From Deltaproteobacteria bacterium (GTDB lineage Bacteria > Desulfobacterota > Binatia > UBA9968): a stretch of DNA of 64,000 nucleotides. Shown in pieces: positions 63,825 through 64,000 of the stretch. The notes below the pieces were generated by a model, which saw only the letters and a program-made list of their open reading frames with translations, was not told the DNA's origin and did no database searches. The stretch lies in assembly GCA_009692615.1 (NCBI GenBank), contig SHYW01000004.1, positions 8,273-72,272 of the forward strand. The letters are read 5' to 3'. Position numbers and translations under genes: made by a program. Position 1 is the first letter of the stretch. Every line of letters starts with the position of its first letter.

Positions 63825-64000
63825 ACCAACCATTGCTGAACAGATCCCGCGTTGACCAAGTCGGCAGCCTGCTCCGCCCGCAAGCTCTGAAGGACGCATA
63901 CGTCCGCCACGGCAATGGCGAAATGGGCGACGACGAATTGACGCAAGTTCAAGACGAGTCGGTCAAAGAGTTAATCGCCAAGCAAGACGCTCAGGGCCTT
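63821..64000 (+). CDS. Cobalamin-independent methionine synthase (MetE C-terminal domain)-like protein. The N-terminal part runs off the window.
   Basis: VDQVGSLLRPQALKDAYVRHGNGEMGDDELTQVQDESVKELIAKQDAQGL resembles the Meth_synt_2 start (GSxPRP..L......G.I....L....D.A....V..Q...GLD). Its GTG start overlaps the upstream stop (GTGA). Confidence 0.45.
   Translation, partial: MNQPLLNRSRVDQVGSLLRPQALKDAYVRHGNGEMGDDELTQVQDESVKELIAKQDAQGL

Noticed and set aside
1-64000. CRISPR arrays, tRNA/rRNA genes, integrase/transposase genes
   Set aside because: I searched all intergenic gaps >100 bp by eye (3255-3449, 12108-12332, 14326-14511, 17838-17984, 34090-34387, 43785-44107, 45578-46032, 46498-47589, 51752-51898, 59758-59957). 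I found no regularly spaced direct repeats, no cloverleaf-compatible tRNA-like segments and no recombinase ORFs. The repeats present are palindromic REP-type, not CRISPR.

Overview
GC-rich (~62%) chromosomal segment from a soil-type bacterium. The gene content resembles uncultured Rokubacteria/NC10-like or deltaproteobacterial genomes, but that taxonomic guess is only inference. I saw no rRNA, tRNA or CRISPR array.

The window is dominated by catabolic and redox enzymes:
- a partial 3-hydroxyanthranilate 3,4-dioxygenase
- a three-subunit xanthine-dehydrogenase-family molybdenum hydroxylase (FAD / Moco / 2Fe-2S)
- one intact and one decayed UbiD-family decarboxylase
- two LLM flavin oxidoreductases, four VOC/glyoxalase proteins, and amidohydrolase-2, aldehyde dehydrogenase, opine dehydrogenase, enolase-superfamily and FAD-monooxygenase genes
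- a CoA-transferase / MaoC hydratase / acyl-CoA dehydrogenase / CitE-like lyase module

There is also an unusual excess of orphan ABC substrate-binding proteins (five NMT1-like, four Fe3+-type), a TAXI-type solute-binding protein, one fused ABC permease and two MFS transporters, one of them frameshifted. Housekeeping anchors are ychF, an M20 and two M24 peptidases, and TspO.

Accessory content includes:
- a MazEF toxin-antitoxin pair followed by a Cys-rich protein with caspase/CHAT-like His/Cys motifs
- a DUF4926 / DUF4258-like / DUF2283 small-gene cluster in a ~650-bp insert flanked by a duplicated ychF 3' end
- a 23S-IVS-type four-helix-bundle gene flanked by inverted repeats
- a nucleotidyltransferase gene plus decayed antitoxin/PIN remnants in a REP-rich decay zone
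- a VOC gene interrupted by an in-frame amber codon, and several other gene remnants

The intergenic space carries at least six families of hairpin or palindromic REP/BIME-like repeats.
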